Assembly: GCA_035380245.1 (NCBI GenBank)
Contig: DAOSXA010000001.1
Span: 358,004-422,003 of the forward strand
From: Candidatus Zixiibacteriota bacterium
GTDB taxonomy: Bacteria; Zixibacteria; MSB-5A5; GN15; FEB-12
DNA: 64,000 bases
Direction of reading: 5' to 3'
Made by a program: the position numbers and the translations under genes. The notes below the pieces were generated by a model that was given only the letters and a program-made list of their open reading frames with translations, did not search any database and had not been told where the DNA came from. Positions 38,194 through 48,463 of this stretch are shown one piece after another. Position 1 is the first letter of the stretch; every line of letters starts with the position of its first letter.

Positions 38194-38242
38194 CCAAAAT
38201 TCCTCCTCCTCGTGAGAGGCTTGAAAGGCTCTAACGGACACG

Positions 38243-38283
38243 TACATCAACGGGGATATAAACACCTTATCCCCGTTGATGTA
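38243..38283. other. Perfect 16-bp-stem hairpin downstream of the SDR gene
   Basis: tacatcaacggggata-taaacacct-tatccccgttgatgta. No U-tract. Confidence 0.6.
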
Positions 38284-38579
38284 GCTCTCATCCAAAGATC
38301 TGTTGATAATTCCACCGGATTATGTAACGAATTCCGACCTCTGACTCCAATTTCATGTAACAGCCAACCTTGTGTTGCCGGCATTGGAGTCGAATTTTCA
38401 ATCCATGTCGGGCATACGACTTTTTAACTGCCCCTTAAGCAACCGCTCCATCCTTCCGAAATAACTCATATAAACGTCGGGCGGGGAAATCCGGCACATA
38501 ATCGATTAAAACGGGGCACAGGATATGGCAGGCATGCACTGCAACGGCAGTCGTGCGGATCAGTCCGTAACAACTTACG

Positions 38580-41500
38580 GTGGATATTTTGGTCAGAGTA
38601 TTACTCGTCGACAGTGATAGTGAGCGGATCAAGAACGTAGACTCTATGCTCTCTGAATCGGAGTATGCCCTGGAAGTCGGCAACAGCCCTGATTGTGAAA
38701 CCTGCCTCACAGCATTACATCAAAGAAAAGTCGATATTGTCTTAATCTCATCTATCTGGACTAAGGAATCATTACTCGCAACTCCTCCCTGGTCCGACTA
38801 CCCGGTAATTGTTCTTTTAGCCGATGATTCGGGACCGATCCCGGACAATATCAAGGCAGGCTTTGAACTAATCAAAGACAGTGAACTGAATTCGCCCCTT
38901 CTGCGCAGGATGATTAACTTCACGATTCAACACCGTGAAGATGAACAGCGCTGGTTAAAACGGATAAACCTGGAAAAAGCTATTGCCGAGTGCTCACGCA
39001 TGCTGGCGACCTGGTCAAATGAGCCTCTCTATCCGATCCTGCAACTACTTGGTGAGGCTCTTGGCGCGGACAACGCAGCCATGTACCGGGTGGATAAAGG
39101 TTATGGTGAAGCCTTCATCGAGGAAGAATGGAATCGTCTGCCGGAGACGAAACTCGCTGACCTGATACCGGTGGTTACCCTGTCGGATTACCCGGATTGG
39201 ATAGAGAAGTTCAGTAAACATGAATGCATTATTGTCGATTTTCCGGATGCTACCGGGTTCAACAATCCCAACGAATCCCAAGACATTCAGGAGTTCGGTC
39301 TCAAGGCAGGAATCTGGATTCCCATCGTCGATCACTCCGACCGATTTCGTGGGTGTATAGTCGTAACCAACAGCAGCTACCATAAATTCTGGATCAGGGA
39401 AGATATCCACACTCTCCGGATATTCGGAGAATTACTCGGGACAACCAGAGAACGCATCGAAACCACCTCCGCCCTTGCAATATCAGAAGAAAACTACCGA
39501 CATTTAGTCGAAAATGCGAATGAAGCCATATTAGTTGCTCGTGAAGGTAAACTTCTCTACTTCAATGATGAACTCTGCAAACTTCTCGGTGTCCCGCGCG
39601 AGTTACTGCCGGAAAGACATTACCTGGAGTATATCCATCCCGATGATCGATCTATGTTGGAAGAATATCACCGTCGTCGTCTTTCGGGAGAGGATATTCC
39701 CAACCGCTACAGCTTTAGAACGTACGACGGCATAAATAAATCGCTTTGGGTTGAAGCAAACTTGGTTTTGATTCAATGGGAGGGTGTTCCGGCCGTTCTC
39801 TGTTTCCTGACCGATATAACTACCCGCAAAGACACTGAGGATAAGTTGCTTGCGAGTCGACAGGAGTTTCGCAGTCTGTACAACAGCACCCTGGTCGGCC
39901 TGTACCGAACATCGATTGAGGATGGTCGCATCCTCGCTCTAAACAAGCGCACCTCGGAAATGTTCGGCTTCGATTCACCCGAAGAAATGGCTGCATCAAC
40001 TCGCATGCAGGACTTCTACGTCGACCCCGGCGCCAGACAGACGATGATAACCACCATACGGGAAAAGGGACATATTGACAATTTCGAGACACCTTTTCGC
40101 AAACGTGACGGTTCCATCTTCTGGGCGCGTTTCTCGGCTCGAGTGTTCCTCGAACACGGTTACCTGGAAAACGTTATAACGGACATATCCGATGAAAAAG
40201 CTACCCGCGAAGCTCTGGATGAAACTCAGACCAAATACTCTGAGCTTTTCAACTCCGTGCAGGAAGGAATCGGCATCGTTAATCAGGAGGAGATAATTGA
40301 GTTCTGCAATCCCGCCTTTGCCCGGATATTCGATGCTGACTCATCGGAGGAACTGGTTGGAAGAAGTCTGCTGGAGTTCGTAGACGAAAACAACCGCAGT
40401 TTAGTCATCCGTCAGACCGATCAACGCAAACTGATGAATGCCTCGCGGTATGAGCTGGAAATCGTCACGGGGAGCGGCATTCATAAAACCATCGCGGTAT
40501 CGGTATCGCCGCGTCTCGATCGCAACGGCAACTTCCTGGGCGCTTTTGGATCGGTTCTGGATATTACCGATCGTAAAATTACCGAAGAAGCCCTCCGGGA
40601 AAGCGAAGAACGGCTGAAGATCATCCTTGAATCCGTGCCCACGGCCATTGTCATTGTCGATCCCGATAGTCAAAAGATAGTCGACGCCAATGCGGCGGCA
40701 GCCAATATCCTTGGGATTGAACGACTCCAACTCCTCGGCCAATCCTGTCAGAAGATTGTATGCCACTCCGACAAGGGACCATGCCGGTTCGCCTCCGCCG
40801 ATAAGTCGATAAACAATATCGAGACAGAACTGCCTCGAGTTGACGGTAAACAGATTAGCGTCCTGAAAAGTATCGCATCCGTACAACTAAACGGTCGTCG
40901 CCATCTGGTAGAATGCTTTACCGATCTTACCGAGTTGAAAAAACAAGAAAAAGATTTATACCAATTGTCAGCGGCGGTAAGTCAATCCCCTATCATGATT
41001 CTTATTACCGATCCGAACGGTATTATCGAATACATCAATCCGCACTTTACCGATGTAACGGGATACAGCCAGAAGGAAATCCTCGGTAAAACCCCGGCCA
41101 TTCTCTATTCAGGCAAGCAAACGGACAACTTCTACGAGAGTATGTGGGAAACTATCAAAAGCGGCGGCACCTGGGTCGGGAACTTGCAAAACCGCCGCAA
41201 GAGCGGTGAGATATTCTGGGAGCGAGAATCCATCTCGCCTATTTTTAACATTGATGGAGAGATTATCAACTTCCTTGCCATTGGAAACGATATCACTCAT
41301 GAAATTATTTCCCAGCAGAAACTGGCCGAATCGGACAAATTATCCGCAATTGGTATGCTGGCAGCCGGCGTAGCGCATGAATTCAAGAATTATCTGGGCG
41401 GCATAATAGGCAATGCTTCCTTTGCGATCGATCACATCGATGAGTCGGACGGCTGCAGCACCGCTCGCGAAACTCTGGAACAAATAGTTGAGATGGGTGA

Positions 41501-42419
41501 CAAAGCCAATGAAGTAGCCATGTCGTTGCTCAGCTATTCCAAGGCCAAGCCGGAGGACCGGACTCATGAAAGTCTCGCCCATCTGATCGAGAAATCAATC
41601 AGCCTGGTTGAAAAAGAGATGCGCAATCGCACTATTGAAATCGCCAGGTATATCGAGGATGTCCCGACCTTCGAAATGTCCGCCTCGAAAATCCAACAGC
41701 TCTTCCTGAACCTTTTGATAAACGCTCAGCACGCCATTAAAACCAATGGGGTGATAACCGTTGCCCTGATGAATGCCGGTGACCGTGCCGTTATCAAAGT
41801 CGGCGATTCCGGTACCGGCATTCCCGAGGATAAACTCGAACGCATCTTCGATCCGTTCTACTCGACCAAAGGAGTCTGGGGACGAGACGAACTGGTCGGA
41901 ACCGGCATGGGGCTGTCGATCAGTCGTAACATTGCGCGGGAGCACGGAGGTGATATCACAGTTGAATCGATTGAGGGAATCGGGAGCACGTTCATTATCA
42001 CTCTGCCGTACAATACAACGGCTAAGGACAACAACCTGGTCGGAATCGACTATACCGGTCACAAGATTCTTTTCTTCACTCTGGACAAGTCGATCATCAG
42101 TCGATATCACCAGCGAGCCTGTGAAACCAACACCCGCCTGCTTGTTGCGGGGAGTATCGACGATGCGCCTATCGGTTTTGAACGAGAAATCGACCTGGTC
42201 GTTTGCGACGCACACTTTACCGGAAAAGTGGAATTGCTGCAAATGGCTCAAATGTGCATGACCCACAGCATCCGCTACGTCATGGTAAATTGTAACGTTA
42301 TGGAATACCAGTTGGCGGAGTTATTCGACGGCGCAGCGACTAATTTCCGTGATTTCCCCGATCTGGATCGTTTATTAGCCGTGATAAAATCCGACAAGAG
42401 CCCGGCCACCGGGGCGTGA
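38580..42419 (+). CDS. Multi-PAS/GAF sensor histidine kinase with degenerate N-terminal receiver-like and C-terminal receiver-like domains
   Basis: 1279 aa with a GTG start. The N-terminal REC-like segment has Ser where the phospho-Asp is expected (VDIVLISS). It has several PAS blocks, H-box GVAHEFKNYLG, N-box NLLINAQHA and G-boxes DSGTGI / GTGMGLS. The C-terminal ~200 aa are REC-like (IDLVVCDAHF). Confidence 0.88.
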   Translation: MDILVRVLLVDSDSERIKNVDSMLSESEYALEVGNSPDCETCLTALHQRKVDIVLISSIWTKESLLATPPWSDYPVIVLLADDSGPIPDNIKAGFELIKDSELNSPLLRRMINFTIQHREDEQRWLKRINLEKAIAECSRMLATWSNEPLYPILQLLGEALGADNAAMYRVDKGYGEAFIEEEWNRLPETKLADLIPVVTLSDYPDWIEKFSKHECIIVDFPDATGFNNPNESQDIQEFGLKAGIWIPIVDHSDRFRGCIVVTNSSYHKFWIREDIHTLRIFGELLGTTRERIETTSALAISEENYRHLVENANEAILVAREGKLLYFNDELCKLLGVPRELLPERHYLEYIHPDDRSMLEEYHRRRLSGEDIPNRYSFRTYDGINKSLWVEANLVLIQWEGVPAVLCFLTDITTRKDTEDKLLASRQEFRSLYNSTLVGLYRTSIEDGRILALNKRTSEMFGFDSPEEMAASTRMQDFYVDPGARQTMITTIREKGHIDNFETPFRKRDGSIFWARFSARVFLEHGYLENVITDISDEKATREALDETQTKYSELFNSVQEGIGIVNQEEIIEFCNPAFARIFDADSSEELVGRSLLEFVDENNRSLVIRQTDQRKLMNASRYELEIVTGSGIHKTIAVSVSPRLDRNGNFLGAFGSVLDITDRKITEEALRESEERLKIILESVPTAIVIVDPDSQKIVDANAAAANILGIERLQLLGQSCQKIVCHSDKGPCRFASADKSINNIETELPRVDGKQISVLKSIASVQLNGRRHLVECFTDLTELKKQEKDLYQLSAAVSQSPIMILITDPNGIIEYINPHFTDVTGYSQKEILGKTPAILYSGKQTDNFYESMWETIKSGGTWVGNLQNRRKSGEIFWERESISPIFNIDGEIINFLAIGNDITHEIISQQKLAESDKLSAIGMLAAGVAHEFKNYLGGIIGNASFAIDHIDESDGCSTARETLEQIVEMGDKANEVAMSLLSYSKAKPEDRTHESLAHLIEKSISLVEKEMRNRTIEIARYIEDVPTFEMSASKIQQLFLNLLINAQHAIKTNGVITVALMNAGDRAVIKVGDSGTGIPEDKLERIFDPFYSTKGVWGRDELVGTGMGLSISRNIAREHGGDITVESIEGIGSTFIITLPYNTTAKDNNLVGIDYTGHKILFFTLDKSIISRYHQRACETNTRLLVAGSIDDAPIGFEREIDLVVCDAHFTGKVELLQMAQMCMTHSIRYVMVNCNVMEYQLAELFDGAATNFRDFPDLDRLLAVIKSDKSPATGA

Positions 42420-42443
42420 AGGCGAGAATCTAGTCTAATATAC

Positions 42444-42470
42444 CAGCGGCGCCCGAAACGGACGCCGCTG
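42444..42470. terminator. Hairpin between the convergent kinase and recA genes
   Basis: cagcggcg / cgccgctg stem with an 11-nt loop. No U-tract. Confidence 0.45.
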
Positions 42471-42496
42471 TCAGATACTTATCGAAACGGACAAGC

Positions 42497-43555
42497 CTAT
42501 TCGGTCTCGATCGCCTCTTCCTCCTCGAGAACCGGCTCGCCGTGTTCGGCGAGCTTCATGCCCAGCGCCTCTTTGACCTTCACGAGAATCTCGTTGGTCA
42601 CTTCGGGATGGTCCTTCAAGAACGCCCGAGCGTTTTCGCGGCCCTGGCCGAGACGTTCATCGCCATAGCTGAACCAACTGCCGGATTTCTGCACGATGTT
42701 GGCATCGACCGCTTTGTCGATCAACTCGCCGGTGTAAGAAATACCGGTGCCGTAGATGATGTCGAACTCCGCCTCGCGGAACGGCGGCGCCACTTTGTTC
42801 TTCACGACCCGGACGCGAGTGCGGGAACCGATTACCTCCTGGCCGTCCTTGATCGTGGCAATGCGGCGAATGTCCAGGCGGACGGTCGAATAGAACTTGA
42901 GGGCGTTGCCGCCGGTGGTAGTCTCCGGATTGCCGAACATAACGCCGATTTTCATGCGGATCTGATTGATGAAAATCACCGCCGTCTTGGATTTGGAGAT
43001 GATCCCGGTCAACTTGCGCAATGCCTGCGACATGAGCCGCGCCTGCAGCCCCATGTGGCTGTCCCCCATCTCCCCCTCGATTTCGGAGCGGGGAGTCAGA
43101 GCGGCGACGGAATCAACGACAATGATATCGACACCGCCGGAGCGTACCAGCGTTTCGGTGATATCGAGCGCCTGTTCACCGGTATCCGGTTGAGAAACAA
43201 GAAGATTGTCGGTATCGACGCCCAGCGCTCGGGCATAGTTGGCATCGAGAGCATGTTCGGCATCGATAAATGCCGCGACGCCGCCCACTTTCTGAGCCTC
43301 GGCGATAATGTGCAGCGCCAGAGTGGTTTTACCGGAGGATTCCGGACCGAACACCTCAGTCACCCGCCCTCTCGGTACGCCCCAAACCCCAAGGGCATGG
43401 TCGAGGCCGAGTGATCCGGTCGGGATTACCTCTACCTCGAGCACCGTGCTGCCGCCAAGGCGCATGATCGAGCCCTTGCCGTGTGATCGCTCGATCTGCG
43501 ACAGGGCCGCCTCCAGCGCTTTTTTGCGGTCTACCGCCGTGTGCGATGTTGCCAT
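42497..43555 (-). CDS. recA: Recombinase RecA
   Basis: [25 protein letters not shown] and [28 protein letters not shown]. Start is either ATG 43555 (MATSHTAV...) or ATG 43597. The shorter form matches typical RecA N-termini. Confidence 0.96.
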   Translation of the reverse strand: MATSHTAVDRKKALEAALSQIERSHGKGSIMRLGGSTVLEVEVIPTGSLGLDHALGVWGVPRGRVTEVFGPESSGKTTLALHIIAEAQKVGGVAAFIDAEHALDANYARALGVDTDNLLVSQPDTGEQALDITETLVRSGGVDIIVVDSVAALTPRSEIEGEMGDSHMGLQARLMSQALRKLTGIISKSKTAVIFINQIRMKIGVMFGNPETTTGGNALKFYSTVRLDIRRIATIKDGQEVIGSRTRVRVVKNKVAPPFREAEFDIIYGTGISYTGELIDKAVDANIVQKSGSWFSYGDERLGQGRENARAFLKDHPEVTNEILVKVKEALGMKLAEHGEPVLEEEEAIETE

Positions 43556-43937
43556 GCTAGAGCTACCTTTCGTTATTTTAATCTTACTTTTTGGCATAAC
43601 CTGAAGAAAACAGCATTCAGGTCGTTAATATATCACATTTCGCTCGACAATAAAATGAAATAGTCCGCTGACAGGGGATGTCAGTATTTTCGGGGGATGA
43701 ACGTATTTCTACAACAGGTCTTCATAACCGCGGGAACCAACCAATTCAGGGATCAGTTTAACGAATAAACTCAGGTGATAATTGGATTTCACCTAACGTA
43801 GATCTTTAATACAAAGCCGGATTTATAGGAAATACATCGATTTGTGACAAAAAAACTATTTGACTTAATACCGGTTTCAAGATCAAGTTATAGATGAAGC
43901 TAATGGATTGGCCGACAACTCCCGGATGGAGGTTCTT

Positions 43938-44240
43938 ATGAAGAGATTGATTCCATTATTGTGCGCCCTGGCCGTCATGTTTTTGATGGTTGATTTCGCA
44001 CAAGCTGTTGGTTATCCCAACAGCGGTTACACCGTCAACAACAACACCGGAACACATCGCACGGCAAACTCTCAGACCGATATTGACACCCATCCCGATA
44101 GAATCCCGGCCGATGACGCCAGCGCCGTACAACAGCAAACAGCACCGGAAGGTGAGGTAACCCCCATCCCGGAACCCATTGCTCTCCTGCTCGTAGGAGT
44201 TGGTCTATTAGCTATTGCAGTGATGCGTAAAAGCGCCTGA
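43938..44240 (+). CDS. Small secreted protein with PEP-CTERM-type sorting tail
   Basis: ATG 43938 with GGAGG 5 nt upstream. Signal peptide MKRLIPLLCALAVMFLMVDFAQA. The C-terminus VTPIPEPIALLLVGVGLLAIAVMRKSA has a PEP motif, a TM helix and a basic end. Confidence 0.75.
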   Translation: MKRLIPLLCALAVMFLMVDFAQAVGYPNSGYTVNNNTGTHRTANSQTDIDTHPDRIPADDASAVQQQTAPEGEVTPIPEPIALLLVGVGLLAIAVMRKSA

Positions 44241-44262
44241 TCCGCTGAACAAAGTGATTGGA

Positions 44263-44288
44263 AAAGCGGCCTGTCGGCCGCTTTTTTC
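44263..44288 (+). terminator. Rho-independent terminator
   Basis: aaaagcggcc-tgtc-ggccgctttt followed by TT. Confidence 0.85.
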
Positions 44289-44412
44289 ATGTATGTAGGA
44301 ACCACCGGTGGAGAATTCTGTTGAAGGACCGGCCCGTTTTGCTTAAAATGTCGAGCAGGGAATAAGGAGCCTGCAAACAAAGCCGATCCGCCTTCCAGAC
44401 TACGATCGAATT

Positions 44413-47400
44413 ATGAAATACGCCAATTTTGTACATCTGCACACCCACACCCAGTATTCATTGTTGGATGGGGCCTGTCGCATCGATGATGCCATCGCTC
44501 TTGCCAAAGAGTTGAAAATGCCCGCCCTGGCCATGACCGACCACGGCAACATGTTTGGTGCTATTGAGTTCTACCAGAAGGCGATCAAGGCCGGAATTAA
44601 ACCGATCATCGGCATGGAAGCCTACGTGGCAGGCGGCAGTCGCCATGAAAAAAGCCCCTCGCAGAAATATCCCGACGGTGGCTTCCATCTCGTTCTGCTG
44701 GCCAGGAACCTCGAGGGATATCATAATCTTATGAAGCTCTCGTCGTATGGATTCCTCGAAGGCTTCTATCATCGCCCCCGGGTAGACAAAGAGTTACTCC
44801 GGAAATATGCCGGTAATCTGATTGCCAGTTCCGCCTGTCTCAAGGGAGAGGTAAACTGGCACTTGCTCCGCGGCGACACCGAGGCAGCCGTTGCGGCAGC
44901 GCGAGAGCTTCAGGACATTTTCGGACCGGGCAACTTCTACCTTGAGCTGCAGAATCACGGCATTGACAAGGAACTGCAGATCATCCCCAAAATTGAGGCT
45001 ATTGCCCGCGAAACAGGCATACCGCTGCTGGCGACCAACGACTGCCACTATCTCCGTCGCGAGGACGCCGAAGCTCATGACGCCCTCCTTTGCATTCAGA
45101 CCGGGAAACAGGTGTCCGATACCGACCGGATGCGCTACAACACCGACCAGATTTACTTCAAATCGGCCGAGGAGATGGAAGAGGCTTTAGGAGATTTCAA
45201 GCTGGCCCTGGAAAACACGATTAAGGTGGCCGAGGCCTGCAATCTCGAGTTGGAAATGGGTAAAATGCTCCTTCCGGTTTACCCGCTCCCAAAGGAATTC
45301 ACTACCCCTGAAGTATACCTGGAACACATTTGTCGCGAGGCGCTGCCGGTCCGTTACAAGGAAGTAACACCAGAGATCGAAGAGCGGCTCGAATACGAGA
45401 TGGGCGTTATTAAGCAGATGGGCTATGGCGGCTATTTCCTGATCGTACGCGACTTTTGTGAGTATTCCCGCTCTCATGGGATCCGGGTTGGCCCCGGGCG
45501 CGGCAGCGCTGCCGGATCGCTGGTCTCCTATCTCTGCGGCATTACCAACGTCGATCCGATTCGCTTCGAGCTGCTGTTCGAGCGGTTCCTGAATCCGGAA
45601 CGAATCTCCATGCCGGATATCGATATTGATTTCGCCGATCGCGGACGCGACAAAATAATACAGTATGTTATCGAAAAGTACGGCAAAGACAATGTTTGTC
45701 AGATCATAACTTTTGGCACCATGGCTGCCCGCGGGGTGGTGCGCGATGTCGGCCGCGTGCTTGCCATGCCTTACGGTGAGGTGGATAAAATCGCCAAGGC
45801 GATCCCGCTGGCGATTGATATGACGCTCGAAAAGGCGCTTACCGCCAAAGATTCCGAACTGGCCAAAATGGTCAAACAGGACAAGCGGGTGGAGCACCTG
45901 ATCGACATCTGCAAGACGCTTGAGGGATTGGCGCGACATTGCTCCACTCATGCCGCCGGCGTGGTGATTGCCCCAGCTCCCTTGATAGACTATGTACCGC
46001 TCTACAAGGGAGCCAAGGACGAAGTAACTACCCAGTTCGATATGAAGCGGGTGGAGCAGATCGGCCTGCTCAAGATGGACTTCCTCGGGCTGCGCACCTT
46101 GACGGTGATCGACGACGCCCTCAAAATGATCAAACAGAATCATCCCGAAACCGATATCGAGATCGACGAAATCCCGCTGGATGATCCCGTTGTCTACGAT
46201 ATTTTCGCGCGCGGCGACACGATTGGCATCTTCCAGTTTGAATCCAGCGGCATGCGCGAGTATCTGCGGCGTCTCGCTCCGGAGAATTTTACCGACATTA
46301 CCGCCATGAACGCGCTCTATCGTCCCGGGCCGCTCGACTCGGGGATGATCGACGAATATATCAAGCGCAAAAAAAATCAGTTGAAGATTGAATACGATCA
46401 TCCGAAACTGAAAGAAATCCTCAGCAACACCTACGGGATTATCGTTTTCCAGGAACACGTCCTGAAAATCGCCAATCAGCTTGCCGGATATTCGCTCGGC
46501 AAGGCGGATATTCTCCGTAAGGCGATGGGCAAAAAAGACGCCAATCTCATGGCTCAGCAACGGCGTGAGTTCATGAAGGGAGCCGAAGAACAGAAGGTCG
46601 ACGCCAAAGTCGCCGAGGAGATTTTCGACCAGATCGAGACTTTTGCCCGCTACGGCTTTAACAAGGCTCATTCCACCTGCTACGCCTTCGTCGCTTATCA
46701 AACCGCCTGGCTCAAACACTACTATCCGCAGGAGTTTATGGCGGCCCTGATGTCCTCGGAAATCTCCGATGCCGACCGCATTCGTATCCTCATGGAGGAA
46801 TGCCGCCGGATGGGGATCAAAGTTCTGCCGCCCGACGTCAACGAGTCCGAGGTGGATTTCTCGGTGGTGGACGGCAATATCCGCTTCGGCCTGCTGGCGA
46901 TCAAAAACGTCGGCAGTAATCCGGCCACGGCGATCGTTGAGGAACGCCGGGAGAATGGTCCCTTCATCGATATCGCGGACCTGGCAGAACGGGTAGCGCC
47001 GAAGTCGATTAACCGGCGAGTGCTGGAATCGATCATCGCCGCCGGTGCCTGCGACTCACTGCCGGGACATCGGTCACAGCAACATGCTGCCGTCGAGGCG
47101 ATGTTGGAGTTCGGGCATAAAGCAGCGGTGCAATCGGCCAGTCACGACCTTTTCGCCGGAAGCGGCGGCAAAGTCGAACGAGTCGCCCCAAGTCTTCCGG
47201 ACATACCGGAATGGTCCAACTCTGATCGCCTCAATCGGGAAAAAGGAGTGCTCGGATTTTACGTATCGGGACATCCGCTGGAACGTTACCGTGAGTCACT
47301 CCGGTTCTTTTCATCCACCGACTCGGCGGCATTGAAATCAGTTCCGGACGACCGCGAAGTTACCATCGGCGGGATCATCACACAGGTCAAAACGATGATC

Positions 47401-47871
47401 GATAAGAAGGGCAACAACATGGCCTTCGTGACTCAGGAAGACTTCACGGGATCGGTCGAGTTAATCATGTTTTCAGATTGCTATGAGAAACACCGACAGT
47501 ATATTGAATCGGATCGGATTGTCCTGACTACCGGCCGGGTTTCTACCCGAGAGGGTGAGGATCCGAAAATCCTTGCCCAGGAAGTAGTTCCTTTGGAAGA
47601 ACTGACGGAACGCTACGATTGTCAGTTGGTTATAAGGATCAATACCGACTGCTCCGATGAAACAATTGACCGCGCCCTTAAATCCCTTGAGGAACACAGC
47701 GGGAAATCACCGGTGCTTCTGGCGGCGCAACACAATGGATCTGAAGTATATATCAGATCAAAGAGGTACGCCGTTAAACCGGATTTCGAGTTGTTAAACG
47801 ACCTAAAAGACTTGCTGGGGGAAACCAGCGCCTACTTTAGACCGTTATCTAAGAACGATGTATCAGCTTAG
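44413..47871 (+). CDS. dnaE: DNA polymerase III alpha subunit
   Basis: 1152 aa. PHP domain start (FVHLHTHTQYSLLDG), LPDIDIDF-type motif (MPDIDIDFADRGR) and FNKAHSTCYA. Confidence 0.98.
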   Translation: MKYANFVHLHTHTQYSLLDGACRIDDAIALAKELKMPALAMTDHGNMFGAIEFYQKAIKAGIKPIIGMEAYVAGGSRHEKSPSQKYPDGGFHLVLLARNLEGYHNLMKLSSYGFLEGFYHRPRVDKELLRKYAGNLIASSACLKGEVNWHLLRGDTEAAVAAARELQDIFGPGNFYLELQNHGIDKELQIIPKIEAIARETGIPLLATNDCHYLRREDAEAHDALLCIQTGKQVSDTDRMRYNTDQIYFKSAEEMEEALGDFKLALENTIKVAEACNLELEMGKMLLPVYPLPKEFTTPEVYLEHICREALPVRYKEVTPEIEERLEYEMGVIKQMGYGGYFLIVRDFCEYSRSHGIRVGPGRGSAAGSLVSYLCGITNVDPIRFELLFERFLNPERISMPDIDIDFADRGRDKIIQYVIEKYGKDNVCQIITFGTMAARGVVRDVGRVLAMPYGEVDKIAKAIPLAIDMTLEKALTAKDSELAKMVKQDKRVEHLIDICKTLEGLARHCSTHAAGVVIAPAPLIDYVPLYKGAKDEVTTQFDMKRVEQIGLLKMDFLGLRTLTVIDDALKMIKQNHPETDIEIDEIPLDDPVVYDIFARGDTIGIFQFESSGMREYLRRLAPENFTDITAMNALYRPGPLDSGMIDEYIKRKKNQLKIEYDHPKLKEILSNTYGIIVFQEHVLKIANQLAGYSLGKADILRKAMGKKDANLMAQQRREFMKGAEEQKVDAKVAEEIFDQIETFARYGFNKAHSTCYAFVAYQTAWLKHYYPQEFMAALMSSEISDADRIRILMEECRRMGIKVLPPDVNESEVDFSVVDGNIRFGLLAIKNVGSNPATAIVEERRENGPFIDIADLAERVAPKSINRRVLESIIAAGACDSLPGHRSQQHAAVEAMLEFGHKAAVQSASHDLFAGSGGKVERVAPSLPDIPEWSNSDRLNREKGVLGFYVSGHPLERYRESLRFFSSTDSAALKSVPDDREVTIGGIITQVKTMIDKKGNNMAFVTQEDFTGSVELIMFSDCYEKHRQYIESDRIVLTTGRVSTREGEDPKILAQEVVPLEELTERYDCQLVIRINTDCSDETIDRALKSLEEHSGKSPVLLAAQHNGSEVYIRSKRYAVKPDFELLNDLKDLLGETSAYFRPLSKNDVSA

Positions 47872-47884
47872 CGAATGGAGCCGT

Positions 47885-48415
47885 ATGAGATTTTTGATCA
47901 CCTCAGCCCTGCTTCTGCTCCTCACCGTTTCAACGGCCGGAGCAGACGAACAGAAAAACGACCAAAAGGGCGCTGAACCTTCCGCTACAGAAATCAACTG
48001 GATGAAATACGACGAAGGACTGGCCGCCGCCAAGGAAAACGGCAAGCATATCTTAGCCAATTTCACGACCGGCTGGTGCGGCTTTTGCAAAAAAATGAAC
48101 AAAACGACCTTTGTCGATCCGGCTATCGTAGCCGCCATAAATAAGGATTTCGTCGCCGTTAAGATCGATGGTGACTCTCGTGACACCCTCGACATCGACG
48201 GCTACAAGATCACCGAACGGGATCTCGCCAAAGCCGTCTATCGCGTCGGAGGTTATCCCACCTATTGGTTCCTCGAATCCGACGGGACTAAACTTGGCGC
48301 TTTACGTGGCTATCAGAGTTCAGCCCAATTGGCTCAAGCCTTGAAGATCGTCTCGGAAAGACAATACGAGAAACCACCAACTGAAGACCAAAAAGCCGAT
48401 AGCTCGGGGCAATAA
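47885..48415 (+). CDS. Secreted thioredoxin-fold protein (DUF255/Thioredoxin_7-like)
   Basis: Start moved to ATG 47885 (GGAG 4 nt upstream; signal peptide MRFLITSALLLLLTVSTAGA). CxxC motif in TTGWCGFCKKM. Confidence 0.8.
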   Translation: MRFLITSALLLLLTVSTAGADEQKNDQKGAEPSATEINWMKYDEGLAAAKENGKHILANFTTGWCGFCKKMNKTTFVDPAIVAAINKDFVAVKIDGDSRDTLDIDGYKITERDLAKAVYRVGGYPTYWFLESDGTKLGALRGYQSSAQLAQALKIVSERQYEKPPTEDQKADSSGQ

Positions 48416-48463
48416 ACAGCCGACAGACTGACCTGTGATCAAACTGAAAGGAAACGACCATTG

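Noticed and set aside
41595-42266. 223-aa minus-strand ORF
   Set aside because: It is antisense to the HATPase/receiver-like part of the PAS kinase.
42542-43414. 290-aa plus-strand ORF
   Set aside because: It is antisense to recA.
45187-46719. 510-aa ORF on the minus strand
   Set aside because: It lies entirely antisense to dnaE, whose identity is unambiguous. The product is low-complexity and Gly/Arg/Leu-rich with no motifs. Long stop-free antisense frames are expected opposite codon-biased genes.
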